Origin: Klebsormidium nitens
Taxonomy: Eukaryota; Plantae; Klebsormidiophyceae
Assembly (NCBI GenBank): GCA_000708835.1
Contig: DF237005.1
Coordinates: 101,943 to 165,942 of the forward strand
DNA length: 64,000 nt
Direction of reading: 5' to 3'
The position numbers were made by a program, and so were the translations under genes. This document shows, in pieces, positions 48,901 to 60,215 of this stretch. The notes under the pieces are model-generated. The model saw only the letters and a list, made by a program, of their open reading frames with translations, made no database searches and was not told the DNA's origin. The first letter of the stretch is position 1, and the number at the start of each line of letters is the position of its first letter.

Positions 48901-51706
48901 GCTCTATCAGCATGACACTGGAGGTCTTGACATTCCTGAACGACAAAAGCAAGCCGTCCTTGTTGCAAAATAGTGTCGGAATGACAATAGGGCGTTGCTT
49001 GACCAAGAAGGGGTGTCTTTGTACGTTCCACAGAAGGACGTCTTGTTCTTCTTGCGCGGAAAGACGCAAGAATCCGACACGTAAGATTCACCCACACAGC
49101 TCTCAGCACCTTGTCGAACGCCGTTGATGTGACAGATGGCCTCACTTCTCAAGGAAAAGAGACCTTTGAAAGCATTGTCAGGCGAAAGAAGATTCGAGAG
49201 CCGCCCCTCGCGAGCCGCCCCGAGAATGCCTGGCAGTGCGGTGTTGCTGGAGCCGAGAGGGGCCTAGAAGGAGGACCGTACTCTGATACTGGTGCCCACG
49301 ATCAGATTCTGAACCCGAATTTTCATAAGTGTGAAGTATTGCGCACCCGAATCGGCAAAACCAACCTCAAAAGCTGAAAGTATGCTCACCCTTTCAGCCT
49401 TCCTGAAAGCACGGTAAGCAGACTGGTCTTGCTGCAGTGTCATAAGCCCCCACCAAACTCCATGATAACTTCAAGCCAAAAAGCGCTTACCATTTAAGCC
49501 GCCCGGAAAGCGCAGTGAGGAGCGTGATTTTGCCGCAGCCGGGGGGCCTCAAACAGCAGTTCCATGAGCCCCCACAGAACGTCATGATAACTTCAAGCCA
49601 AAAAGAGCTTACCCTTTAAGCCGCCCAGAAAGCGCAGTGAGGAGCGTAGTTTTGCCGCAACCGGGGGGTCCCAGCAGCAGCGTCATGCGCCCTGGCCGGA
49701 TGACGCCGCTGACGTCTTTCAACACGGGGAACGGCTGCTTCTTGGTCAAGTGCAAACCCAGCGCGCTCAGCAGGCCCTGCAAGCATGTTAACGAGGGTGG
49801 ATTTATCCTGACCGTGTTTAAAACACGAGCCCTGAGAGCCCAGTGAATGCCAAGAGGATTTTGAGTGGGGTCTAAGGATACCGGAAGAGGATTAGGCAGC
49901 GAAACGAACGGCCACGTGTTGTACGAGAGTGTTGCACAGCCGGGAGCACACTGTCACGGAGTTGACTCAATAGGGAAGCCTCTCAAGAGTCACCTAAACT
50001 TTGCTCGTTCCGTCAAGATAGATACGGGTCGCCAACTGCATGTAAACAGGGGCTGAATGATTCTCAGTCACTCAGAACGCTTTATGAAGCCCTCCGAAAA
50101 GGCCAGCACTACCGGAAGGCAAGGGGCACTCACGTCGACATAGCCTATAACGGCGTTGGGGATTGTGGGGAGCGCAGATGAGCCCATAAGCACTGTGCCT
50201 TCCACAGACAGGTTCCTGAAGCGGACCTCCACTGTCGGCTGGGGGATGCCGACCCTGAGAGGAAAAAGGAGAAAGAAGAACGGAACAAATCAGCTTTTCT
50301 GAAGAAGGGACTTCAGATCAGGATGATGCAACCTCAAATTGGAGAGCGATCCGACTGAGGACTCTCCTCATTTGAGAACCACGTAGGCTGGTTCCATCCT
50401 GAGTTTATAATTGCGACCTTATTTTCGAATGACATCAGATTCACGCGCGATGCCCGCTTCTGGTCAGTCCTACAACGAAAGCTGATTCGCTGTCAGTTTC
50501 CCTTGGATATCAAGGTCACTAGGCAAACGGTTTGTCCACGAAAATGGCAGGAGATCTTTTTGTACCACGTTTCTTGTTTGCATGTAATCTCACCTGTCGA
50601 AACGGTCCCTGAAGTTTTTGAGCCACATGTAGCCGGCGCGCTCGACAGCCAACCTTCGGAGGTCCCGATTTTTGGCAATTTCTTCAACGTCGACAGTGCG
50701 AAACCGCCCTGCAAGGCAATGAGCAAAAAAACGATCACGAAACAGTTGTTTTTGTAAGGAGAGGAACTTCCGAAACGGGCGAAATCCCTTCTTTTGCATG
50801 CCACTTCCATGCCCAACGATATAATCGGACGCTAAGCAGCAAACGTCTTCAAAACTTTGGCATATCCCAACCCGATTGAGACATGGTGAGTGTCCACAAC
50901 GCATGACGTCAGCCGCAGCATACCTGTGACGTCATCCAGGGTGAGGGCCTCCCTCGTGTCGTCATACTCCTCGAGCACGGCCTTGCGCAGCCGGATGCCG
51001 GTTGGCTGCTGCTCCAATTGTGCGCGCATCAGATCTTGCTCCGATTGCTCTGCAGATGGACCCAAGGAATCTCAGACACTGTGCGTACTTACTAACTCGG
51101 TGGTCAAGTTTTGTGTATGGGTTGGGGGATCAACTGGTCAGCAGGTCGGCTCCGAACAACTACTTTGAACAGTGCGAGTTTTGTCAATACTAGCGCGGAT
51201 CCCCAGGCTTCACTCCCGACATATCTCATCTTAGCTCAGAATATGGCTCGGTAAGGTGCCCAGGGACAACAGGAAGCACAGTCCATCCTCTCCACAGTGC
51301 TCAAACGTCGGTACTCCGGGACCCTCCAACTTTGCCCAACCTGGTCCCTCCACAGGTCAGATCTCTGTAAATGGGTTGCCAAAACTGTTCGGTTCTTCAA
51401 GTGGCACTTATTATGACAAAGACAAGTACAACAGCTGGTCCCTACAAACCAGCAACACTATTGAAACCATGTCTAACGCACACGAGCGCCAGAATGTCGG
51501 ACATACTAACCTCTGCCCATCCTGCTGCTCATTGGCACAAAAGCGTTCTGAGCAGAGCCCCAGTCTCGCGACCCTCCATGAGCCTCTACGCCCCCGATCG
51601 ACCGGGACACTGTCGGGGCCGTCTGAGACTCAATCTCAACTCCGCTATCGTCAACTTCTCTGGTAGTGTGCAGTCCATTGGAGTCCATGGCTCCAGGACT
51701 GGTCAT
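33972..51706 (-). CDS. ABCG: Full-size ABCG (pleiotropic drug resistance, PDR) transporter, roughly 30 exons
   Basis: N-terminal exons 51706-51511, 51049-50924 ([16 protein letters not shown]), 50708-50594, 50254-50134 ([17 protein letters not shown]), 49776-49613 ([14 protein letters not shown], Walker A1). Also [13 protein letters not shown] (~47790), [14 protein letters not shown] (~47180), [11 protein letters not shown] and [19 protein letters not shown] (~41660), [31 protein letters not shown] (~40330-40420), [15 protein letters not shown] (~38350), and the C-terminus [11 protein letters not shown] at 33972. The exact start codon is uncertain. Confidence 0.96.
35845..36602 (-). repeat. 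Five-unit tandem array (~167-nt period) of intron end plus exon start in the ABCG gene
   Basis: Exon-start copies at 35932 (functional), 36103, 36266, 36435 and ~36602, encoding [27 protein letters not shown] and progressively decayed versions. Confidence 0.9.
41148..41220 (-). repeat. Dispersed ~80-bp repeat, copy 3 (in ABCG intron)
   Basis: Reverse complement reads actataatcctaacccaatgatcacctgctccgcacctgcacgcaccctaaccccctacctaaccccacctgt. Confidence 0.62.
49385..49680 (-). repeat. Three-unit tandem array (~115-120 nt) of the Walker-A exon end plus donor in the ABCG gene
   Basis: The unit catgataacttcaagccaaaaag.gcttacc.tttaagccgccc.gaaagcgcagtgaggagcgt..ttttgccgca.ccgggggg occurs twice near-identically, with a third decayed copy at ~49385-49435. 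Confidence 0.88.
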
Positions 51707-54690
51707 GACACCTGAAACGACAAAAAATTGAAATTTAGAGAGCTGTAACCATCTGCGCGGTCTAGCAGCGTAATTGAGGGGGTGCTGTGGTGATCATTGA
51801 TGATGGGAGACCTTAATCGTGGAGTCCTGTAAGAGGCGATTGGCTTTCTCCTCGAGAACTTTCAAGACCGATCAGGACGTGTCAAACCATGCAAGGTAGG
51901 CTTTTGAGCATGAAAAGAACAGGCGAGACAAGGGTCCTGATCAGAGTGTGCGCGTCTGCTTCATTATACTTCGCCAAAGGACTGATTCGAGGAGGTTCGA
52001 GGAGGTTCTGGGAAGCTGATAGACAGCCAGGTGATCACAATAGCCAGGCTTGAGGATAACAGAAAGAGGATGATCTGGACATCTGATCAACATACCGCTC
52101 TGTACTGGTAAAAGCCAACCCCAAAAGATCTTGGTAGAACATAGCGTCAGCCATAATGGAGCAAAAGATACTGCTTCGGGCAACAGGTGTGCCACTACGC
52201 AGATGAGAATAGGGTCCTTTTATCAGCAAAAAGACTGAACAGAAGCTGAACCTGGCACTCAACAAATCACTGATGTTTCAAGGGCATTTGCAGCCAACCA
52301 GGTCTCTCCAGAGGTAAGCGCAAGTGTGGCCAAGCATTGCTCACCAACTCGATGTTGGGCTACATACATTGGACTGAAAACCTCTAAGCAAAGCGCTGGC
52401 ATTATGGATAATCCTTGGCATCAATGACTGTGCCCTGCTGACATCATAGGAGGGCATCACATGGGCACCCGATCACTTTGATGTGTAAAAAATGCTGCGA
52501 CCTTACCACCACTCGCCTGACACAAAGCGTCAAGAATAGTGCCAAGCAAACAGGTGGTGTCAAGAAGCGCTTTGCCGTTTTGAGGAACACAGAGTACAAA
52601 TGAAGTGCATTCCTGATCAGGCTTCCTACGAAGTCAACTATATCAAGAGCTACCTTGAAGCATGTATTCAATCAATGCAGTGAGGGCCACATATTCAAAA
52701 GACCTCAACGAGTACCAGTAAACCAAAGTCGACTGACCTGTTCTCGGCTCAATCGGAGCGCCGATTTTCTCCGAGCGCATGCGGCAATGAGTGCACAGCT
52801 TCACGCCGTTTGCTTGAGCGCAGCGAATCTACTAAGCTGCTGAGCCCCTACTGCAGCGGGCAGGTGCGAGGCCTTGAAAACTTAACCTGGTAAGTTCTGA
52901 ATGCGCCCTGCAGAGGTCCTCAGACGACCAGTGAACCCCTTGGCAGAACTCCAACACGTGTAGCAAGCCCGGCAAGGACTCTTATGTTTCCAAACAGTCA
53001 CTTGCCGAGAGAAGAACGTCTCTCCTGTAGGCTCTGCCAATAAGCTTGCCTACATTCTTCAACACCTAGATCTCACCTTTCTCGTAGCCCTTTGCTGTCA
53101 CAGGGAAGTCCCTAAGAGCAATGAACCTGGGTTCACCCTAAACCTCAGGAGCATTTGCATTTGCAGTCAATATTTCTACAAGTGGTGACTCACCCTCTAA
53201 CTTCACCAGCTCTGCAGAGGTGCTCTGAAGGGTGCGTATGGGAACCTAACCGCAAATCAGATCTGCCGATTTGGGGCGATGTGTACACGATCGCAACACG
53301 TGGCCCAGTCTGAGGTACAGTTCTCGCTGCAACTTGTCTGGCGCCTTCCGCACCGGGGCCTGCATATCAGTTCGGACGTCACGCTTGCCTCATGTGTCTG
53401 AGAGTGCTCTGACTACCGTCGATACATTGTCCTATGGTAGATGAAACTAACGTTTGACCGTTCGATAAGAGGAGCCCGGAGGTGTCCTCTACGTCAGACT
53501 TTGGCGATGAAGTCAGCTAGATTCGAAGATCGCCAGACTTGCAACGTGATTGGTCAGAATTACACGTGTATTGTGCGCCGCGACCGCGGCCGCCCCCAAC
53601 TTGCCGCAGGCCAAGCAGATTCAAGCAAGTCGCCAGCAGATTCCGAATTGTGCAGTGCAGACATGACTTGTCAGAGCGTTTTGTCGGTTGGTATACGGCA
53701 CTGCAGTTGATGCGAAGTGTACGAATCGCACGTTCTGAATATTGTAATCATACTATTAGCGGAGTCTGTGTCTGTTTTGGATGCACTTTCAACCATGTCG
53801 ATTTTGTCAAAATATGCTCAAGAGATCCGAATTTGGCTTCCAGATCCTTGAAGTATTTTGCCTCGCCCTGTATGGATCGGTGAACCTCGATTCCTGCAAC
53901 TTGACCCGTTGAGGATCTCGAGGTAAAGGCTCGTTCAGAATGTCGTTCTACAAACAATTTTTTCCGTCATGGAAGTCGACATGGATTCTTTCAGCTCACT
54001 TGTATGGAAACAGGAAGTCTCCGGGGCTTCGCTTGGCAATGAACTGAATTAGGGGCTCTCAGGTTCGGTCTGACAAGATAGTAAAATAGCCTTGGCAAAG
54101 AAGAAGTCGTAGCTGCGCAAATCAATTCAAAACTCAACCTCTTGAGAAGCTCAGGTCCGTGATGTCGAATCATCTCTAGGCGCCATTGTTATAGTCGGGG
54201 AAGATCGACCCTATCACCCTGATCTTGTTGCGCATACTCTGATAGCTCAACATGTATGTATCCCTGTACTGCATGATACACTCTTCGGATGAAATCGGAA
54301 AGCTGGATCCGTAATATAATGAAGACTCGAATGCTTAGAGTCCATGTCCGTCTCTGTTACATCAGCCCTATCAATTGCACGATGCCTTTCTCCAACAAGG
54401 TATTTGCGACTACTAAACTCCTGACCTTCAAGTTGCCGACCTGGACTGGTCCGGCCTTCAGTGCGGAACCCTGAGGCGTTGGCCACATGCTAACTCTCTC
54501 GCTCTGACACACGCACTTACGACATTTTCTAGCTCATCTAGGCTACAAATTTCCACAAGATAACATCCACCAGCAGCTAAGCCCCTGTCGGCATCATTCC
54601 TCTGAACAAACCTAGGATAACCCCGCATTTCAAAGCACGTATTCGAAACCTCCGACTTAACTTCGTATTCATGATAAAACTGTGCAAGGT

Positions 54691-57600
54691 CTACTGCGGC
54701 TCATTCAGTTGCGCAGCCGCCTGCATTTGTGCAGCGACCCCCCTCCGCTCGTTGTGGTGCTCGGGGTCGCCGCGCGCCTCTGCTTTGGTCACCTTGCGGG
54801 CGTCCTCGTGCGTCACGGCCTTGTCCGCAGACAGCGCCTCAGCCGCATGCTGCGGGATCAAAAACCGAGCGTCTCTTAGCAAGGCGACATTGGAATCTTT
54901 GACTTTCGGGGGAAGAAACGTTCTGGTTATGATTTGTTGACTGCAAGAACAGGCGTAGGGGACCCAAACATCCTACGAGAATTCTCTGCTGAGAGTTCTC
55001 TGCTGAGAGGACCGTGACGGATTCTTTAGGAGGAGGTAATGTAAGGTACTGCAGGAAGCAACAAGCAAGGCAACAAGGGCACAAGCACGGCGGTGGCGTG
55101 GAGAGGTTGATCGACTTGCGTATTAAGCAGACGCATTCATTGGAGGCCAACGGGGGTGATGCTATCAGAAAGGATCACAGTTCCAAAGGGTCTCAGTATT
55201 AAACTGCTCGTGACCAAACCCGATCAAGAGCCTAGGCTTACTCTCCGCCAGCAAGCGTCCTTGATTGTTACATATACACAGCTGTTTACGTCTTGTTCGA
55301 TGCAACTGAGCGAAGAGAAATGAGAACAGGTTGTTCTTGCGCAAATTTGCTGCACTACGAGAATTTCGACCTTCCGTGTTTAACCATTTCCGTCTTTCAC
55401 CTGTAACAGCGGTCCCAGCGTGTGCGCCTCCACGGGGGTCCCGCCCCCCTCGGACGGCCCCGGTTCATTCCCCCGGGCGGGCAGGGCTCCGAGCGGCCCC
55501 AAGATCTTCTCCTGAGACCTCTTCCTCGCTTCCTTTTGGGCGCCCTTCCGCTCGTCCCGGAGGTTCAGCGCCGCCAGCAGCTGCGCCTCCGCGCCGAGAG
55601 AGCCGCCCGTGCGGTCGCCCGTCGCGCGCGTGACCGCGGCCTGCGGAAGGGTTTACGGTTGAAACGTTGAAGTATTTAACCCGATTCTGAGAGGACTTTG
55701 GCGCCACAAACCGCGGCCTTTGTACTTTGCAAGCTCGTCCCGGAGGATCAGAGCCGCCAGCAGCTGCGCCTCCGCGCCGAGAGGGCCGCCCGTCCGGTCG
55801 CCCGTCGCACGCGTGACCGCCGCCTGCGGAAGAGTCTAAGGTTTTAGGGTTTCAACTTCGCAATAAGCTCGGATCTGGGAAGGACTTTCAAGTTTAATTG
55901 CTGCCACGAACCGCGGTTGCGACTCCGCGCCAAAGGGGTCGCCGGTTGCGCGCGTCTGACGTCGTTAGTCGCTTTGGGAAAGATAACGTGATGTCTGTCA
56001 GCAGCTGTTTCTTCAAGACGAGAGGGCCGCCGGTGCGGTAGCCCGTCGCGCGCGTGACCGCCGCCTGCAGGGGGTTTACGACTTTTAGCTCGACAAGTTT
56101 TTCAAAATAAGCTCGGTTCAGACCGACTGTAGCGCCCCCAGCAGTTTCGCGGTTTTGCGGCCGCTGTGCGGTCGCTTGCTTGCACGCGAGACGGGTTCAC
56201 AGGACCAAGAATACTTGGTGTCTACCACACGCGATCTCTTTGGTGAACGTTTTTACATAATAACGCTCACGGAGGACGCGAATGCCGCTGCATCGAAGAC
56301 AGAGCTCTAGACACAAAAGCTCTAAAGAACCGCAACGGTTTTTGAGGAGCCCTTGTTGAGCGTCATCCATTTCGAGGGGTTTGCCTAACGACTCAGAATC
56401 TGAGCAACGAAGCAAAAGGATGGATGTGAAATCTTGACCTTGATTCCTTTCAGAGAAGGCTCGTGAGCCGGGGTTTGGGCGCCTGACCTGGACTGCGCGC
56501 GCGTCCCCTGGGCCGATGGGCTTCTCCGCGCGCTCGTGGCCCGCCAGCTCGAGAGCTTCTCCGATCAGAACGGGGTCTTCCAAGCCTGCGAGCCGGCAAA
56601 GAGTCTCGGAAAAGCTGGGGTACTGTGAAGATTCTCAGAAGGTAATTGACAAAGGTCTCACACGTATGCACGGCTAATGCTTCTTTTGGCACGACAGTTG
56701 TGATAAACGAATCTCAAGTTCAGGGTGAAACGGCGAAGCATGACTTTTTGTTGGTATTATCCTTGCCATTCAAAAGGATCCGAATGGAAGAGTCGAAGCC
56801 GGATGCTCGTTTTGGCGGGCTTTGAGTCTCGCCTCCGGAATAATGTTTCACGTGCTCATCATTTGCTCGCCAACTCATCCACCCTACATCCATCAACGTG
56901 GCTTTAACGAACCTTTTAATCGTTTGCACTGAACCCATGTTGCCTTCAAATCTTTTGCACACAACCTTCTTACCCGGTTTGTAACCGCGCGGGTACCGCG
57001 GCTCGTCCGCGGCGACGCGCTGCGCGCGCTCGTTGAACGTCGCGGCCTCCTGCACGTGCGCGCTCACGCCGCGCGCGAGCGTCACGTGGTCGGGGTCGTT
57101 GCGCTCCTCCGCGCTCTGCACGCGCCGCGCGTCGTCGGTCGTCGCGGGCTTGTCCATCGGCAGCCGCCGCGTCGCGTTCTGCGAGGCAAGATTGACGACA
57201 TGTTGTGCATGGGGCGTGAGTCAACCCAATGCGGTCCTCGCTTATTCTTACAGACTCTCTCAACTGGGAACTACAAGGGGACTCCCGTATGGTAATTACG
57301 GATGAAGCCGATATGACCGCGTCCTTGGACTTTGGAAACTCCGTTCACCTCTATTTCTGATAGAGATCCATGAGAATGACAAACAGAGCCAAATCGCCCA
57401 CATGACGAACGGCTCATGTCGCCCACAAGGATCACTCGCGACGAACTTGACGCGCATACAAACATTTTAGTCCAGGCAAGCCATTAATTCCTTTGGGCCA
57501 TAGCGTATCGGAATCGTCCGTTCCGTATCAAACCCACCCTCAGGATGTCGCCCAGCGTGTGGGGATTCCCTTCGTAAGCCACGGTTCCGTCCACCTTGCC

Positions 57601-59451
57601 TAGCTTTTTCCGCTCGTTCTCGTCCGCTGCCCTCTCCGCTTCGGCGACCAGATCGTTGCTGATCGGAACGCCGGCGGTCGCCCTCGTCACTGCGCTCTGC
57701 AAAGAGATGTTGCAAAGAAACATATCCGTGAGTTGAATGGCAGATGATGGCCACTAATTCACCAATTTCCCAACTTCTTGTGCAGGGAAGTCGTGAAGGG
57801 GCCCCGAGGCGACGGCTGCTGAATCTCGCGGTGTTTGGATTGAACATGAATCGTTCTTGTACCGGGAAAAGCAGGATTTTGGCCTCAGCAAAAGACCGTG
57901 ATTCTTTTTTGGAGGCTGTTTGCCGCCAGAACGTGCCAATTAAGAGACTTCCCGGCATGAACGGGGGCGGAAGGACCGCAACTTTTGCGAATTTAATCGT
58001 CTTAGGTGTGCCGGCCTTTTCAGAAGGTTCTTTCGCATGTCATTAAGCATATTCCACCCCAATCTCAAAATAGCTCACAGGAGCCGTTGCAATTGTGGGC
58101 ATTCCTGTTTGGCACAGAGATGATTTTGGACCTCCAAATTTAGCTCCAATTCTCTTCAAATTCAGCTTTGAATTCCCCACAAACTTCCAAGACGCAACTT
58201 TGGTGGTTTTGTGGAGAGTCGAACCTGGATGGCGCTCGCGTCCCCCGGGTCGACTGGCTTGTCCGCGCGCGCGCGGCCCGCCGCCTCGAGCGCCTCTCCA
58301 ATTGTGACGCTGTCCTCTCCGCGCCTTTCTGTGAAGAGCGCAGAAAGTGACACAGTCGACGTTCGCCAGTCAGAGAAGGGAAATGTTCATTGATTTTTAA
58401 ACGGCATTTTGGATCAAAAACCATGGGAAAAACTTCATTGTGAGGCTTGACAAACAGCGGCGGTTCATCCGGTCAATATCGTAACAATCGACAAACGAGA
58501 CATTGTGATACGTGAGCGTCGTTGAAATCAAGGATCAGTCGGAAGATGCTGGACATGGAACGATCAAAGATGCGTGCGTTCAAAGTAGATGGAAAATGCT
58601 TCGATGAGCTGCTTTTCGAATCAAAAAAATGCATCAAAACCCGATATTTCGAGGCAAAAAGTCGCTTCCATCTTGTGATTGCAGAAGGCTTTACTTTGGT
58701 GTACCACTCTTCTGTAGCTGTGTTTAGAACTGGGATACTAGTTTGACTGATCATGTTCCTGGTCTGATACAACCAAAGGGCCTCAACTTGAACATCTCGC
58801 TGGAAGATCATTTCTCTCAGTGTGCAGGCATCATTGGCCCTTTGGCATTCTTCGCTGACCAACGTTTCTGTCTTCAGCGTCTGTGATTGAGACTCTGGTC
58901 ATCCCTCGGACTACTTTTTCGATCCTATCAACCAGATTTGCAAGTACTCCTAACGACAAGCACATCACTTCGACACCAACTCATATTCATTTAGGCATAA
59001 GCTCTTTCGAAATCGCATTGCAAACCTTTCGTAGCGTCCGCCTCGCAGCAGATATACATTTTGGATGCATGGAGAGAAAGGTGGAACGAAAAGGTAACCT
59101 TGCACAAATGTGCGCCCACTCCCAGTCCGACCCCTCACCAAACTCTCTGTGCAGCTCCTCAGAGAGACTCGGCTCCCCCTTCCGCGGGGACCGGGGCTCT
59201 GGGGCTGCCGCGGCGCGCCCCTCGCGCCGCGCGCGCGCCCGGTGCTCCAGAAAGCGCGCGCGCGCGTCGTCCTCGTCCTGCTGACGCTCTCCTGACGCGC
59301 GCGCAGGCGCGCGTTCGCCCCTCAGCTCCCAGCAGAGCCCCTGCTCTCGAATCTCAAACTGGGCGGGGTCGTCCTGCAGGGGGCTGGCGGGATGCGCGCG
59401 CGCGGCCGCGGCCGCCTGGCGCCTCTCTTGCGACGCCTGTTCGCTAGCCAT
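54691..59451 (-). CDS. Seed maturation protein (SMP) / LEA D-34 (RAB28-like) protein with four SMP repeats, 7 exons, ~425 aa
   Basis: Exons 59451-59139, 58328-58225, 57696-57538, 57178-56974, 56585-56488, 55640-55401, 54849-54691 are all phase-consistent. SMP motifs: VTIGEALEAAGRARADKPVDPGDASAIQSA; DKPATTDDARRVQSAEERND...RGVSAHVQEAATFNE; LIGEALELAG...KPIGPGDARAVQAA; DKAVTHEDARKVTKAE...GVAAQMQAAAQLNE. Confidence 0.9.
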
Positions 59452-59798
59452 GCATGAAGCTCGTGCCTAGGGAAAGCTTTCTCTCGCCGCCTTTTGCGCT
59501 TCCCAACAAATGCTCGCTGCGTCGATCAAAGGCAAGGATGCGTAGGGAAGAAAAGAGGGGGAGAGAGGTGGCAGCTTTTGGTGAAGCGCTGAACCATGGA
59601 AATGTTGCCCCTGTTCTTCGCCGCAGCAAAGAAACGTTCGTAGGGACCTAAGGCACTTCAGCAAGATGAAGTCGCTGAGGCTCAATCACCGGCTAGCTTA
59701 TACTAGTTTTCCTAGGCACAACTCCATGACGCCGTCTGAGAATCGCAGGGCACTGCTCAATGAGGTTTTTGCTTCGAGAGCCTAGTCCCATAAGGATA

Positions 59799-59981
59799 AA
59801 GTTTAATACCTATTAAGGATCTAAGAGCTATAAGACACGCCCGGCGAACGGGTGGGGTTGGTATGGTGGTTAGGGTGGGTTCGGGTGCGGAGCGCGTCAT
59901 GTTTGTAGGTTAAGGTTTTTAGTTAGGTTGCTGCCCCGGGTTCTTCCTTATAGGTATTAGATCCTTATAGGTATTAGACTT
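59799..59981. mobile_element. MITE-like element (~180 bp) with ~35-bp imperfect terminal inverted repeats enclosing copy 4 of the dispersed repeat
   Basis: Left end aagtttaatacctattaaggatctaagagctataag (59799-59834) versus the reverse complement of the right end, aagtctaatacctataaggatctaatacctataag (59947-59981). No ORF and no clear target-site duplication. Confidence 0.55.
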
Positions 59982-60045
59982 GACGGGTATAGTCCCCAGT
60001 ATTCAAGGGCCTGAAAGCTCGTCTTATGAAGCTTCATACGCGCTG

Positions 60046-60215
60046 ACGTGTTTCAGAGCCGGCAGTCCAGTGTTGCAATTGCTTAGCACGTTTGACGCCG
60101 AAGTCTGACACATGTCACTTAAATGCATTCTGGACGCGCGCGCGCGTGCGCACGACCGTTCGATGATGAATGGTGCCTGCACACCTGTTTGAGAATTGGG
60201 ACCTCCTGTCACGTG
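60046..60215 (-). promoter_or_regulatory. ACGT-core (ABRE/G-box-like) sites upstream of the SMP gene
   Basis: gACGTGTt at ~60046, cACGTt at ~60087 and CACGTG at 60210-60215, about 600-760 nt upstream of the ATG at 59451. None is a perfect ACGTG(G/T)C, and such short motifs occur by chance. Confidence 0.25.

Noticed and set aside
52541-52567. AKQTGGVKK, reminiscent of the histone H3 tail
   Set aside because: Only 9 codons, followed by unrelated sequence and a stop; no histone fold. Most likely chance.
37500-55860. Scattered AAACCCT(A)/TTTAGGG telomere-like words (e.g. ~37517, ~40772, ~55843)
   Set aside because: Single copies near intron ends, with no arrays; indistinguishable from branch-point-like or background sequence.
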